The notes: generated by a model from the sequence alone, not told the origin. Positions 38,230-47,877 are shown, counted from the first letter of the stretch. The stretch is 64,000 nt of DNA from Candidatus Eiseniibacteriota bacterium (GCA_031364845.1 JANLWX010000028.1:5346-69345), one strand, 5' to 3'. Program-made: numbers and translations.

Positions 38230-38423
38230 GACGTCCGCCCATGGGCCCGGGTCGTTTCGAATGATGCCGCGTGACCACGATGCCGCGTGTCATTGGGGAA
38301 TCCCGCCCGGCCCCGCTCCCCGGTCGCGTCGCTTCGCGACGCGACTGGACCGGTCCTTGCGCTGTCCCTCCCCGAACACTCACGCAGTTCGTGTCTCAGG
38401 ACGGGAGCGAAAGCGAGAAACGC

Positions 38424-39740
38424 ATGCGCAGGCTACTCATAGCCGCTTTGGTCGTCAGCAGTGCAATTCCCACGGTCGATGCAATCGGCCAGACATCGAG
38501 CGCAAGACGCATGGCCATGGGCGGTGCTTCGCTCGGGGGCGATGCGGCCAATGTTGCCTACCGGGCGGTGCCGAAGGCGAAGGGGCGGTCGTCGGGTTTC
38601 ACACTCCCGATCGGTATCGCGGCGGTGGCCGCGAATCCGCCGTCGTTCGATCCGGATGATCCGGAGTTCAACATCTTCGAGATCGCAAACCTGGTTCAGA
38701 ATCCACCGTGGAATCTGCAGCTGGGATCGGTCGAGGCGCCTTCGAACGATGTCGTGATCGACATCGGCCGCGATCATCTCGCGGTCGACCTCGGTGACAT
38801 CCGCTCGTATCTGCCGGGCACCGGCGCGCGCATCTCGGCGATGCAGTCGTCGCCGGGACTGTCGCTCGGGTTCGGTCCGTGGTTCGCGGGGGTTGCGGTC
38901 GTCGCTCAGTACGAGAACAACCTGCACCTGAACGAGCCGCTGCGGCTGGCGCTCGAGGACGCGGCGCCGTTCCTGCCGCAGACCGAGTACGCGGTGATCG
39001 ACAGTGGGCAGGGCCAGGCGGTCGCAGAGATCCAGACCGGTGCCGCGATCCCGCTGATGGTCAATGGGAAGAATCCGCGCGAGAAGGGCGGCATGGGTCT
39101 GTACGGCGGTGTGCGCGTTTCGCTGCTGCGCGGGCTTGCCTACGGTGACATGCGCAACGTCGCGGCGTTCGCGACGGCGGACACGTTGTTCGGCAGCACG
39201 CCGGTGGTGCTCGACTACACGGGCGACTTCCGCGATGCAGGTCCTGCGGGCGGTGGCTGGGGACAGGCGTTCGACGTCGGCGCGGTGCTGGTGGCGGGCG
39301 GATTCGAAATGGGCGTCGGCGTGAATCACATTGGCGCCAAGGTCCAGTGGAACGGGCGCGAGCAGCGCACGGTGCGCGACAGCGTGACCGGTGAATACAA
39401 CGCGCAGGTGGTGAACGACGATGTGTCGTTCTCGACCTCGCTGCCGATCGTTCTGACCGCGAACGTCACGCGCCCGATCGCGGGCGTGCTGCTCGCCGCG
39501 GACGTGACGCATTCGGATGGCGTGACCCAGGGACATGTCGGCCTCGAGCGCTGGATCGGTCCGATCGCGCTGCGTGCCGGTGGACGCATCGACGAATCGA
39601 AGGCGCTCCAGGGCGCGGCCGGACTCGGCACGCGTCTGGGCCCTGTCGGTCTCGATGCCGCCGTCGCGAGCCATGGCCAGAGCTTCGGAGCCGCCGAACG
39701 CGGACTCGAGCTGGCTGTCGGACTTTCCTTCTACCACTGA
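38424..39740 (+). CDS. Outer-membrane beta-barrel protein, PorV/PorQ-like (second copy)
   Basis: Start MRRLLIAALVVSSAIPTVDA (signal). Post-signal 'SSARRMAMGGASLGGDAANVAYRA' shares the ARxxxMGGA motif with 8098-9129. Gly/Ala-rich alternating pattern typical of a barrel. Confidence 0.55.
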   Translation: MRRLLIAALVVSSAIPTVDAIGQTSSARRMAMGGASLGGDAANVAYRAVPKAKGRSSGFTLPIGIAAVAANPPSFDPDDPEFNIFEIANLVQNPPWNLQLGSVEAPSNDVVIDIGRDHLAVDLGDIRSYLPGTGARISAMQSSPGLSLGFGPWFAGVAVVAQYENNLHLNEPLRLALEDAAPFLPQTEYAVIDSGQGQAVAEIQTGAAIPLMVNGKNPREKGGMGLYGGVRVSLLRGLAYGDMRNVAAFATADTLFGSTPVVLDYTGDFRDAGPAGGGWGQAFDVGAVLVAGGFEMGVGVNHIGAKVQWNGREQRTVRDSVTGEYNAQVVNDDVSFSTSLPIVLTANVTRPIAGVLLAADVTHSDGVTQGHVGLERWIGPIALRAGGRIDESKALQGAAGLGTRLGPVGLDAAVASHGQSFGAAERGLELAVGLSFYH

Positions 39741-39753
39741 CCGGAGGCCGCAC

Positions 39754-40359
39754 ATGCGACTCATGAATGGCTATGTGAAAATGCGAGCCGCGCGCCCGGC
39801 TTCGATGTTGATTGCCGCCGTGGTGGCTCTGATGGCGCTGCCCGCATGCGGGCAGCGCAACGTGGTGCTCAACGTCGACGTGCTGAGCTACATGGACGCC
39901 ACCGAAACCGAATTCAATTTCGGTCCGGTGCCCGCACTTCCCGGTGGATTCACGACCGGCGAGCAGTCGGTGGTTCCGGAAGCCGACATCAATCTGGTCG
40001 GCAACTTCGCGGACATCGCCGACATCCACACGGTGAACCTCCGCATCGCGATCGCCTCCGAGAGCTACTCGGGTGACGGCGCGGACACCCTGCGCTTCTA
40101 CCTGAGCGAGCCCGGCACCGATCCCCGCACCACACCCGTCGTGATGACGGTGCCGCTCACGCTCACCGCTTCGGTCGCGGACACCACGGTGACCGAGATC
40201 ACCGGGGACGAGCGAGTGCTGGGGCTGTTCTCGAGCCAGGCGATGAAGCTCGCGATCACGACCTCGCTGCGGGGGCCGAGCAACGGCGACGCGCTCTCGG
40301 GGCGGGTGACGATCACCGGGATCGATGCGACGGTGATTGCGGGACGGAAAGCGCTATAA
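39754..40359 (+). CDS. Hypothetical lipoprotein
   Basis: GGAGG 6 nt upstream of ATG 39754. 'AAVVALMALPACG' lipobox. No recognisable family. Confidence 0.6.
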   Translation: MRLMNGYVKMRAARPASMLIAAVVALMALPACGQRNVVLNVDVLSYMDATETEFNFGPVPALPGGFTTGEQSVVPEADINLVGNFADIADIHTVNLRIAIASESYSGDGADTLRFYLSEPGTDPRTTPVVMTVPLTLTASVADTTVTEITGDERVLGLFSSQAMKLAITTSLRGPSNGDALSGRVTITGIDATVIAGRKAL

Positions 40360-40363
40360 CACT

Positions 40364-40386
40364 GCGGGTGCGTAGCACCCGCAGTA
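40364..40386 (+). terminator. 10-bp stem hairpin immediately after the lipoprotein gene stop
   Basis: 'ctgcgggtgc gta gcacccgcag', 4 nt after the stop at 40359. No U-tract. Confidence 0.3.
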
Positions 40387-40475
40387 CGGGGGCAAGCCTG
40401 TCGGGGGAAGATTTCCCCTCGCCGGGCCTGCCCGCTTCTTGACATCTATACCCTCCCGGCCCTACCCCTCGTGGA

Positions 40476-41072
40476 ATGAACCCCGAGCCGCGGCGTAAAG
40501 AACCTGTGGAGCCGGGCGACGAGACCGCACTCGTGGTCGCGGCGCAGGGTGGCGATGAGAGCGCGTTCGCGGAGATCGTGCGGCGCTATCAGCGTTCGGT
40601 GTACCGGGTTGCCTATGGCCTCACGCGCAGTCCGAGCGATGCGGACGACCTCGCGCAGGAGACGTTCGTGAGGGCGTGGCAGGCGTTCGGGCGCTTCCGG
40701 GCGGGCGAACCGCTGCATCCGTGGCTGAGCCGGATCTGCGTGAACCTCGCGTACTCGCTGTTTCGCCATCGCAAGCGACGGCCGGAGACTTCGATCGAGC
40801 CGCTCGTCGAGGCGGGCCAGCAATGGGCGGCAGTCGACGATCCCGAAGCCGAGGCGGCCGAACGCGAGAGTTCGTCGCAGCTCGAGGCGGCGCTCGCGGA
40901 GTTGTCGAGCGAGCATCAGGCGGTGCTCGTGTTGAGGGCGGTGGAAGATTTGTCGTATGACCAGATCGCGCAGACGCTCGGCGTGCCGATCGGAACCGTG
41001 ATGTCACGCCTGTCGCGCGCACGCGCCGAACTCAAGGCACGCCTCAAGGCGCGCACCGGGGAGAACGAATGA
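40476..41072 (+). CDS. ECF (group IV) sigma-70 factor
   Basis: Region 2 'SAFAEIVRRYQRSVYRVAYGLTRSPSDADDLAQETFVRAW'; region 4 'LSYDQIAQTLGVPIGTVMSRLSRAR'. Confidence 0.9.
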   Translation: MNPEPRRKEPVEPGDETALVVAAQGGDESAFAEIVRRYQRSVYRVAYGLTRSPSDADDLAQETFVRAWQAFGRFRAGEPLHPWLSRICVNLAYSLFRHRKRRPETSIEPLVEAGQQWAAVDDPEAEAAERESSSQLEAALAELSSEHQAVLVLRAVEDLSYDQIAQTLGVPIGTVMSRLSRARAELKARLKARTGENE

Positions 41073-42637
41073 AGCACCTCGACGAATCCGAACTCAGCGC
41101 GCTGCTGGACCGCGCGCTCGAGGATCGTGAACGGATGGAAGCCGACCGCCACCTCGCGCAGTGCGCGGAGTGCCGCGAGGCGTTCGCCGTGCTCGAGGCG
41201 CAGGACCGAGAGATCGCCACGCTATTGAAGCACGATCCGGGCGAGGCGTATTTCGCGACGTTCGCGAACCGCGTTCACGAACGCATCCGCGGTGAGGGCG
41301 TGGCGATCGATGATGTGTCCGAGTTGCCCGACAACGTGGTTCCCGTGGCGGCGCGCCGCGCGATCCCGCCTGCGCCCGAATCCCTGCTCGAGCGGCTCGG
41401 CCGCTGGTTCAGCGGACCCCGCCTCGCTTGGGCGGGGGCGGCGGTCGCCATGATCGTGGGTGCCGGTGTGGTGTTCCTCGTCGGCGACGAGAAGCCGGTG
41501 CGCACCATCGAAGACCGCACGATCGCCGCGCGCGCGCGACAGGTCGCGGAGCCCGCGCCGACCACGGCCGCCCCGTCGGCGCCCGAGGCGGCACGTGAGC
41601 TTGCCCCGCCACCTTCGACGGGCGCCCGTGAGAACGCGGCCTCCGACATGCGAGCTCTGGATACGCCGCCGATGGCGGGACTTCAGGCGCAGAAGTCTGA
41701 AGTCGCCGAAGAAGAACATTCTGCCGCGACCGATGAAGCGGCGTCATCGTCCGTCGCGAAAGCTTCCGCACCGCCTTCGGCGGCGCGGGTGATGGGACGC
41801 TCGCGCGAGGTGCGCCGCGAACAGGGCGAAGACGTTCCGGTTCAGGATGCGCGCGCGGCGGCGCCGGTCGCGCCGCCCACCGCCGGCAATCGCGCGGATG
41901 CTCAAGCATCGAAGATCCAGCGCATCAAGGAGCAGGCGCGCGCGATCGCGGGCGGAGCGCTCGAGTCGAAGAAGAAGCCGGGGGAAGTGACGTCGTTCGC
42001 CGCGCCGCCCGGCAGCACCGCGCTGGGACTGGAGCAGCCGGGTGCCGTGCGCGTGTGTGGAACCGTGCGCGATGCGAGCGGGCGCGCGATCTCGGGCGCT
42101 CGCGTCGCGGTCGCGGATCTCGGCACCAGCACGAACACGGGTGCGACCGGAAGCTTCTGCCTCGCGGTGCCTCCTGGAGAGCACACGGTGAGCGTGATGG
42201 CGGTCGGCTTCCGCGAAGTGCGCCGCTCGTTCCGCGTGGGCGCGGAAGCGGGCAATCAGGACTTCACGCTGACCGCGGTGTCGGTGCTGGGCGAAGCGGG
42301 CGGCGAAGCGGACGCCCCGTGGCCTCCGGCCGCCCGCGAGATCGCCGCTGCCGCCGAGCGCGCGAGCCGCGAAGCCGCGCGCCTGAACACCGCAGAAGCC
42401 CACGACCAGGCGGCCGCGCGCTGGCAGCAGGTCACGGAGTCGGTGAAGGTCGGCGCACCCGCGATTTCCGCGCGCCGTCATCTCGCCGATGCGCGCTATC
42501 GCGCGTGGCAACTCGATCCGTCCGCATCGCGCGAAGCGTCAGCGATGTCGGCGATCTCGTCCTACCTCGCCGCGGGCCCCGGCAGCGCCGAGCGCGAACG
42601 CGCGCAACGCCGCCTCGAAGAACTCCAGCGCCGCTAG
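41069..42637 (+). CDS. Anti-sigma factor (zf-HC2 'HLAQCAEC' N-terminus, one TM) with an extracytoplasmic carboxypeptidase-regulatory-like domain
   Basis: ATGA overlap with the sigma gene. 'HLAQCAECREAF', TM 'LAWAGAAVAMIVGAGVVFLV', 'VRVCGTVRDASGRAISGARVAVADLGTSTNTGATGSFCLAVPPGEHTVSVMAVGFREVRRSF'. Confidence 0.8.
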   Translation: MKHLDESELSALLDRALEDRERMEADRHLAQCAECREAFAVLEAQDREIATLLKHDPGEAYFATFANRVHERIRGEGVAIDDVSELPDNVVPVAARRAIPPAPESLLERLGRWFSGPRLAWAGAAVAMIVGAGVVFLVGDEKPVRTIEDRTIAARARQVAEPAPTTAAPSAPEAARELAPPPSTGARENAASDMRALDTPPMAGLQAQKSEVAEEEHSAATDEAASSSVAKASAPPSAARVMGRSREVRREQGEDVPVQDARAAAPVAPPTAGNRADAQASKIQRIKEQARAIAGGALESKKKPGEVTSFAAPPGSTALGLEQPGAVRVCGTVRDASGRAISGARVAVADLGTSTNTGATGSFCLAVPPGEHTVSVMAVGFREVRRSFRVGAEAGNQDFTLTAVSVLGEAGGEADAPWPPAAREIAAAAERASREAARLNTAEAHDQAAARWQQVTESVKVGAPAISARRHLADARYRAWQLDPSASREASAMSAISSYLAAGPGSAERERAQRRLEELQRR

Positions 42638-42752
42638 GCCAACTCCGAGCGGTTTCACGATTTCGCTTGTCAGGCACGGTGCCGATCGGCCACCTTCGGC
42701 GGGCTTCCCACTCCCCGAACAGGCCGTCAGTCCCTAGCGAGGGTCAGGATCC

Positions 42753-44732
42753 GTGGCCACCGAGATCGTTACGCCCCCCGAGTTGAAGCAAACCCCCGAA
42801 GAGATCGAGCGTCACTGGTTCGAGAACGTCTACGCCGGTGACCGCATGCCGCAGCTCACCCCGCGCGCCCTGATCATGGGGATGATGCTGGGTGCCGTGA
42901 TGTCGCTGTCGAACGTGTACGTCGGTCTCAAGGCGGGATGGGGGCTCGGGGTGGCGATCACCTCCAGCATCCTCGCGTTCGCGGCGTTCTCGACCATGCA
43001 CAAGCTGTTTCCCAAGCAATTTCCCGAGTTCAGCATCCTCGAGAACAACGCGATGGCGTCGTGCGCTTCGGCTGCCGGTTACATGACCGGTGCCGGGCTC
43101 GTGAACGCGATCCCCGCGCTGATGATGCTGCAGCCCGACGCGGTTCCCAGCATGTGGGTGCTGATGGTGTGGATCGGCGTGATCTCGTGGCTCGGGGTGT
43201 TCCTCGCGGTGCCCGCCAAGCGCCAGATGATCAACATCGAGCAGCTCAAGTTCCCCTCGGGGATCGCCGCAGCGACCACGCTGCGCACACTTCACAATGA
43301 AGGCGGGGGAGCGGCGGCCCGCCAGGCTCGCTCGCTCGGGTTCTCGGTCTTGTTCGGCGCGATCATCACGTGGTGCCGCGACGCTGAGTTCTCATGGTTG
43401 AATATCGTGAGGTGGGGCGAGAGTGGTTTCGGGTTCACGAAATTCGCAGCCCCCGCAACCTGGCCGTCGTGGCTCACGGCGGTCGTGTCGTGGATCCGGT
43501 ATCCCCATGTTCCCGCGACGTGGCTTCCGGGAGATTGGCTTCCGGGATGGTGGCACATCGGCAAGTACCGCATGCGCCAGGATCTCACCCTCGCCTTCGA
43601 AGGCTCGCTGCTGTTCGTGGCCGCGGGTGCGATCATGGGAATGCGCCAAGCGTGGAGCCTGTTGCTCGGCACCGTGATCAACTTCGGCATTCTCGCCCCG
43701 ATGATGATGGACGCTGGAGTGATTCCTGATGCCGGCGGCAGCGCGCTGCGGCGCATCTCGAGCTGGAGCCTGTGGATCGGCGTTCCGATGATGGTGACCT
43801 CGGGCCTGCTGCTGTTCATCGTGCAGTGGAAGACCGTGGCGCGCGCGTTCAGCACCATCACGAAGATCTTCGTGAAGCGCCACCCCGCCGGGGCCGAAGA
43901 TCCAATGGACCGGATCGAAGTGCCGGGCTCGTGGTTCATCGGCGGTATGGTCGTGCTCGGAACGGCGACCGTGATTCTCGGGGAGCTGTTCTTCCACATC
44001 CACTGGTGGATGGGCATCATCGCGGTGCTGATGACGTTCCTGCTGGTGGTGGTCGCGGGGCGCGCGACCGGCGAGACCGACATCACGCCGACCGGTCCGC
44101 TCAGCAAGATCACGCAACTCACTTTCGGAGCACTCGCCCCCGGCAACATCACCACGAATCTCATGACCGCGAACATCACGGCCGGCGCGTGCAGCCACGC
44201 CGGCGATCTGTTGACCGATCTCAAGAGCGGCTATCTGCTCGGCGCCAAGCCGCGCCAGCAATTCGTCGCCCAGTTCTTCGGCGTGCTGATCGGCACGATT
44301 GTCGTGGTGCCCGTGTTCTTCGTCCTGATCCCGAACGCTTCGGTCCTCGGCACCGACCAGTGGCCCGCACCGGCCGCCCAGGTGTGGCGCGGAGTGGCCG
44401 AGTTGCTCGCGAAAGGCGTGGGGGCGCTCCATCCGACCGCGCGCGTCGGGCTTTTGATCGGCGCGCTCGCCGGCATCGTGCTCGCGCTGCTCGAGCTGCG
44501 ATTCCCGAAGCAGAAGAAGTGGATCCCGTCGCCGACCGGGCTCGGGCTCGCGTTCACGATCACCGCCTACTACTCGATCTCGATGTTCATCGGCGCGCTG
44601 CTCGCGGCGGCGATCATGCGGATGAACAAGAAGGCCGGCGAGGAGTACATCGTGCCGGTGGCTTCGGGGATCATTGCCGGCGAGAGCCTGATGGGTGTTG
44701 CGATCGCGCTGCTCTTCATCCTGGTGCCCTAA
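42753..44732 (+). CDS. OPT-family oligopeptide transporter
   Basis: GTG 42753 is the first start after an in-frame TAG; ATG 42846 is an alternative. About 16 TM segments; 'LTPRALIMGMMLGAVMSLSNVYVGLKAGWG' is an OPT signature. Confidence 0.85.
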   Translation: MATEIVTPPELKQTPEEIERHWFENVYAGDRMPQLTPRALIMGMMLGAVMSLSNVYVGLKAGWGLGVAITSSILAFAAFSTMHKLFPKQFPEFSILENNAMASCASAAGYMTGAGLVNAIPALMMLQPDAVPSMWVLMVWIGVISWLGVFLAVPAKRQMINIEQLKFPSGIAAATTLRTLHNEGGGAAARQARSLGFSVLFGAIITWCRDAEFSWLNIVRWGESGFGFTKFAAPATWPSWLTAVVSWIRYPHVPATWLPGDWLPGWWHIGKYRMRQDLTLAFEGSLLFVAAGAIMGMRQAWSLLLGTVINFGILAPMMMDAGVIPDAGGSALRRISSWSLWIGVPMMVTSGLLLFIVQWKTVARAFSTITKIFVKRHPAGAEDPMDRIEVPGSWFIGGMVVLGTATVILGELFFHIHWWMGIIAVLMTFLLVVVAGRATGETDITPTGPLSKITQLTFGALAPGNITTNLMTANITAGACSHAGDLLTDLKSGYLLGAKPRQQFVAQFFGVLIGTIVVVPVFFVLIPNASVLGTDQWPAPAAQVWRGVAELLAKGVGALHPTARVGLLIGALAGIVLALLELRFPKQKKWIPSPTGLGLAFTITAYYSISMFIGALLAAAIMRMNKKAGEEYIVPVASGIIAGESLMGVAIALLFILVP

Positions 44733-44813
44733 CCGCGGCGCCCGCGAAGCGGGCGTCGCAGGCCTTCCTGCGATCATGGCGAAGGCGTTTCCCTCCAACT
44801 CCGACCCCCCAAC

Positions 44814-44849
44814 GCAACGCGCCGGGCGAAAATCCGCCCGGCGCGTTGC
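44814..44849 (+). terminator. Perfect 15-bp GC-rich hairpin ~80 nt downstream of the OPT transporter stop (U-tract-less terminator or REP-like element)
   Basis: 'gcaacgcgccgggcg aaaatc cgcccggcgcgttgc': the arms are exact reverse complements. Confidence 0.35.
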
Positions 44850-44944
44850 ATGTCAACTCCATGCCCGAACGGGCCGATGACTCCGGATATCCCCCATAGG
44901 CGGGGATACCGAGTTTCGAGCCCGTTTTCGCATGGAGGTGTCGG

Positions 44945-46246
44945 TTGAGAACGCACGCCCAGCCCCCCGTTGTTCGCCCGTCACGCTCCGCCATGGTCGC
45001 GCTGTGCGTGCTCGCGTGCATCACGGCGGCGGTGCCCGCGTTCGCGGCGAAGAAGAAGAGCGCCGCGGCTGATCCGACGCCCGGGAACATCTCCATGGCC
45101 TCGGTGCCGTCGCGCGGTGACGACGGGGCGCTCCCCGATCTCGATCCCGCGGAGCAGGCGCTATGGCAGCGGCTGTGTTTCCGCGTCGAGGACGCCTTCG
45201 ACAGCACCCGCGGCGGATTCGTGAGCAAGAACGGCATCCTCGACGAGAGCGCAATCGACGTCGCGTTCCTGCTCGGACCGCGCGATCGCCAGGATCGCTG
45301 GAACGGCTACGGCGTGTACACGACCCAGTGGATGCTCGGCCTCGAAGACAGCATCGGCGGCGGGTTCTTCATGCGCCATGAAGTCGTCGCGGGCGGCGGG
45401 CAGTTCGAGCGGCCGACGCTGATCAACGCGCGGCGTCTCGAGAACCTGATCGATGCGTGGGAGCGCACCAACGACACGCGCTACTGGGTGTCGGCGGTGC
45501 GGCTGCTCGAATTCGCCGAGCGCAACGTCGTCGATGGGCGCGGTGGATTCACCTCCGATCCGGTCGGGGACCAGGATCTGGTGCCGCAGGTGAACGGTGT
45601 CGCGATCCGCGCGTGGCTCAAGTGGTGGGCCGCCGGGCGCGATCCCAAGCGCCGCGACTTCGCGCTGCGCAGCATCGACCGCTTGTGGCAGAGCGCGTGG
45701 AGCGACAGCGCCGGATTTCTGCGCGCGAATTCGTTCGGCGAGCCGATCGCATGGCCGCAGCTGAGCGATCAGACCGAGATGGGCCGCGCGCTGGTCATGA
45801 GCGCACAGCTCGCCGGACGCCGTGGCGATCTCGAGCGCGCGAAGAAGGTCGCCGACCTGATGCTCGCGAACTTCGCCGACGATCGCGGCACGTTCCGCTC
45901 GGAAGCCATGGGCCGCCCGGGCAGGCTGCGGCGCGCTCCGGGCCGCGTGCCGCGCGAGAACGCGCGCGCGGCCCTGTTCCTGTGCGAGTTGGCGCACGTC
46001 GCGCGCGCTCCGAAATACTTCGAAGCCGCGCGGTGCGTGTGGCGCGCCTATGCCAAGGATCTCGAGAAGACCAAGCTCGAAGCCGCCGACTGGGTGCTCG
46101 CGATGGACGCGGCGATCTCGCCCGTGTTCCCCAGGCGCCCCTCCGAGACCGCGAAGCCCGCGGACAAGGCCAAGTCGCCGCGCACCAACGGCAAGACGCG
46201 CATGCGTTCTCCGGAGACGAAGATCGGAGCGAGCGGGCAGCGCTGA
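44945..46246 (+). CDS. Hypothetical secreted protein ((alpha/alpha)6 / N-acylglucosamine-epimerase-like). Its 3' end lies inside the left direct repeat of the downstream island
   Basis: TTG 44945 with GGAGG 6 nt upstream; signal '..MVALCVLACITAAVPAFA'. 433 aa, no family assigned. Confidence 0.6.
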   Translation: MRTHAQPPVVRPSRSAMVALCVLACITAAVPAFAAKKKSAAADPTPGNISMASVPSRGDDGALPDLDPAEQALWQRLCFRVEDAFDSTRGGFVSKNGILDESAIDVAFLLGPRDRQDRWNGYGVYTTQWMLGLEDSIGGGFFMRHEVVAGGGQFERPTLINARRLENLIDAWERTNDTRYWVSAVRLLEFAERNVVDGRGGFTSDPVGDQDLVPQVNGVAIRAWLKWWAAGRDPKRRDFALRSIDRLWQSAWSDSAGFLRANSFGEPIAWPQLSDQTEMGRALVMSAQLAGRRGDLERAKKVADLMLANFADDRGTFRSEAMGRPGRLRRAPGRVPRENARAALFLCELAHVARAPKYFEAARCVWRAYAKDLEKTKLEAADWVLAMDAAISPVFPRRPSETAKPADKAKSPRTNGKTRMRSPETKIGASGQR

Positions 46247-46283
46247 ACTTCGCGCCATCGGCGCGAACTCTTGTGCGATCGAA
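46193..46283. repeat. Left copy of a ~90-bp imperfect direct repeat (3' end of gene 44945-46246 plus ~35 bp downstream)
   Basis: 'aagacgcgcatgcgttctccggagacgaagatcggagcgagcgggcagcgctgaacttcgcgccatcggcgcgaactcttgtgcgatcg' is ~80% identical to 51102-51192, including a 30-bp core 'cagcgctgaacttc[g/t]cgccatcggcgcgaa'. Confidence 0.65.
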
Positions 46284-46465
46284 GACCCGAGGGAGCGCGG
46301 ATATTTGATCAGTCCGCGCTCCGAGGTGTCCCTGACTGCGAGCCCGGGCTCTATATGTGCTCAGCCGCCAACATGCCTTCAATGGCTCCCACCTCCGCAA
46401 CACCATGCTCCCACCGAAGTGAAGATAGAACTTCACGCCCCTCGTGTTTTCTGATTGCAAATAAA

Positions 46466-46477
46466 GGGGGGGGGGGG
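46466..46477. repeat. Homopolymeric G12 tract (candidate slipped-strand phase-variation site)
   Basis: 'ataaaGGGGGGGGGGGGcgtaacg', ~50 bp upstream of GTG 46529 at the 5' edge of the island gene array. Confidence 0.85.
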
Positions 46478-46528
46478 CGTAACGTGGTGCGCGGCTAGTG
46501 TGAAACACACACTGCCCTACCATCTGGT

Positions 46529-46843
46529 TTGGTGGAGGAGCCCTCCGTGGAACGCGAGGTCGCAACGTCCAGCGAGCACAGACACGTCACGTTCTCATTG
46601 GAATCAGCGCTCGAAGCTGCCCAGCCGGGTGCTACCATCGACATCCCTGCGGGCGAGTACTACGCGAAACCTGGCGGGTGGCTCATTACGAAGAGCATCA
46701 CGCTCCTCGGGCAGGCGACAGCGGGCGGCGCACTTGGAGTGACGGTTCTAACTAAAGGCGCGCCTGCGTTTGTGATCGCCCCGGGAACTACTGACGTGAT
46801 CGTCATGAGCGTCTCATTTGCGGACTGCTCGCCGCCGGCCTGA
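46529..46843 (+). pseudogene. Right-handed beta-helix (pectate-lyase-fold) N-terminal fragment, 104 codons; likely a gene remnant or small domain protein
   Basis: 'ALEAAQPGATIDIPAGEYYAKPGGWLITKSITLLGQ' carries the same 'PG.TI.IP.G.Y....L.I.....I.G' module found twice in 47878-50439, but the ORF stops after 104 aa. Confidence 0.3.
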
Positions 46844-46936
46844 GCTGCTTCTACCTGCGATCGCATCAAGGCAGTGGGCGCCGGTCGCGTGTTCTATGAC
46901 TTGCAATCAAATCGATCCATCCAAGCGAGGTGCATC

Positions 46937-47839
46937 ATGCTCCGCACGCTTCTTTCGAGTCTCGTTCTGTATGCCACTCTGGTCGGAGCCCCCGCGTCGG
47001 CGCTTACGATCAACGTCGACGGCCTCGGTCCCGAAGGCGGCTATGGTGCGGCGCGCCGCGTGCCCCAGACATGCAACACTTCGGCGGGCAACAACCCCTC
47101 AGGTGGCGACAACCGTCACGCGATGGGGTCCGAGCTGAACGTCAGCGCTGCGGCCATCCTCAACGCGACGGTGTATGCGATGTATACGGGAAACCTCCAG
47201 AGCAACTTCACCAACCTCGAAGTATTCATCGACTGCATCGCCGGCGGCCAGAACACGTTGCGGGGCGACAACGCCATGGTTCCGCTCAATGGATTGAACC
47301 GCATGGCAGGTTTGACGTTCGATGCGGACTTTGAACCGGACTACTACATCACCATGAACTGCGGGGACTCGGCGGGAACTTACAGGTTCTCCGGACACTT
47401 CGTTACCCTGCCGACCTCAGGCGGAGGTGTCAGCACATACCTAGGGTCTACAGATGCAGCAATCACCGGGAGCGGTAATTCGCTCGGCATTCAGTTCGCG
47501 ATTCAGAATGGCAATGCTTCGGGCGTAGTTGCTGGATGCAGTCCGGCAGTCCTCTTGAACAATACTAGTCCGACTGGCGTCGAGATCGGCGTGCCACTTT
47601 CCGCAATCGGCAATCCCGGCGGATGCATCAAGGTGTGCGCGTTTATCAACCGACCCGCGCACGACTTCATCTTCAATCAGTTTATGGAGCCGCTTCCCGC
47701 GGGATCATGTGATCTCGGCGATCCCTCCACCGTATCCCTCGCGTCGATCGCGGGAGACCAGTTCTATGTGGCCTGCGAGGAACCGCCCACGCCCGCCGTG
47801 CGCGCCACTTGGGGCAAGGTAAAGGTGCTGTACAGGTAG
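46937..47839 (+). CDS. Hypothetical secreted protein (island cargo)
   Basis: Start MLRTLLSSLVLYATLVGAPASA (signal) with GAGG upstream. Gly/Asn/Ser-rich, several Cys, no family assigned. Lower GC. Confidence 0.6.
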   Translation: MLRTLLSSLVLYATLVGAPASALTINVDGLGPEGGYGAARRVPQTCNTSAGNNPSGGDNRHAMGSELNVSAAAILNATVYAMYTGNLQSNFTNLEVFIDCIAGGQNTLRGDNAMVPLNGLNRMAGLTFDADFEPDYYITMNCGDSAGTYRFSGHFVTLPTSGGGVSTYLGSTDAAITGSGNSLGIQFAIQNGNASGVVAGCSPAVLLNNTSPTGVEIGVPLSAIGNPGGCIKVCAFINRPAHDFIFNQFMEPLPAGSCDLGDPSTVSLASIAGDQFYVACEEPPTPAVRATWGKVKVLYR

Positions 47840-47877
47840 CCTCAGAGGTCAGGTCTTGTGGATCGAGGGGGATTTTC

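Noticed and set aside
38211-38232. Possible tRNA (GTTCGAA-like T-loop sequence) after pyrF
   Set aside because: The two GTTCGAAC palindromes form a simple hairpin. There is no acceptor/anticodon arm structure or CCA context, so it is not a tRNA.
43392-44798. 468-aa minus-strand ORF
   Set aside because: Antisense to the OPT transporter. His/Arg-rich, no TM or domain logic.
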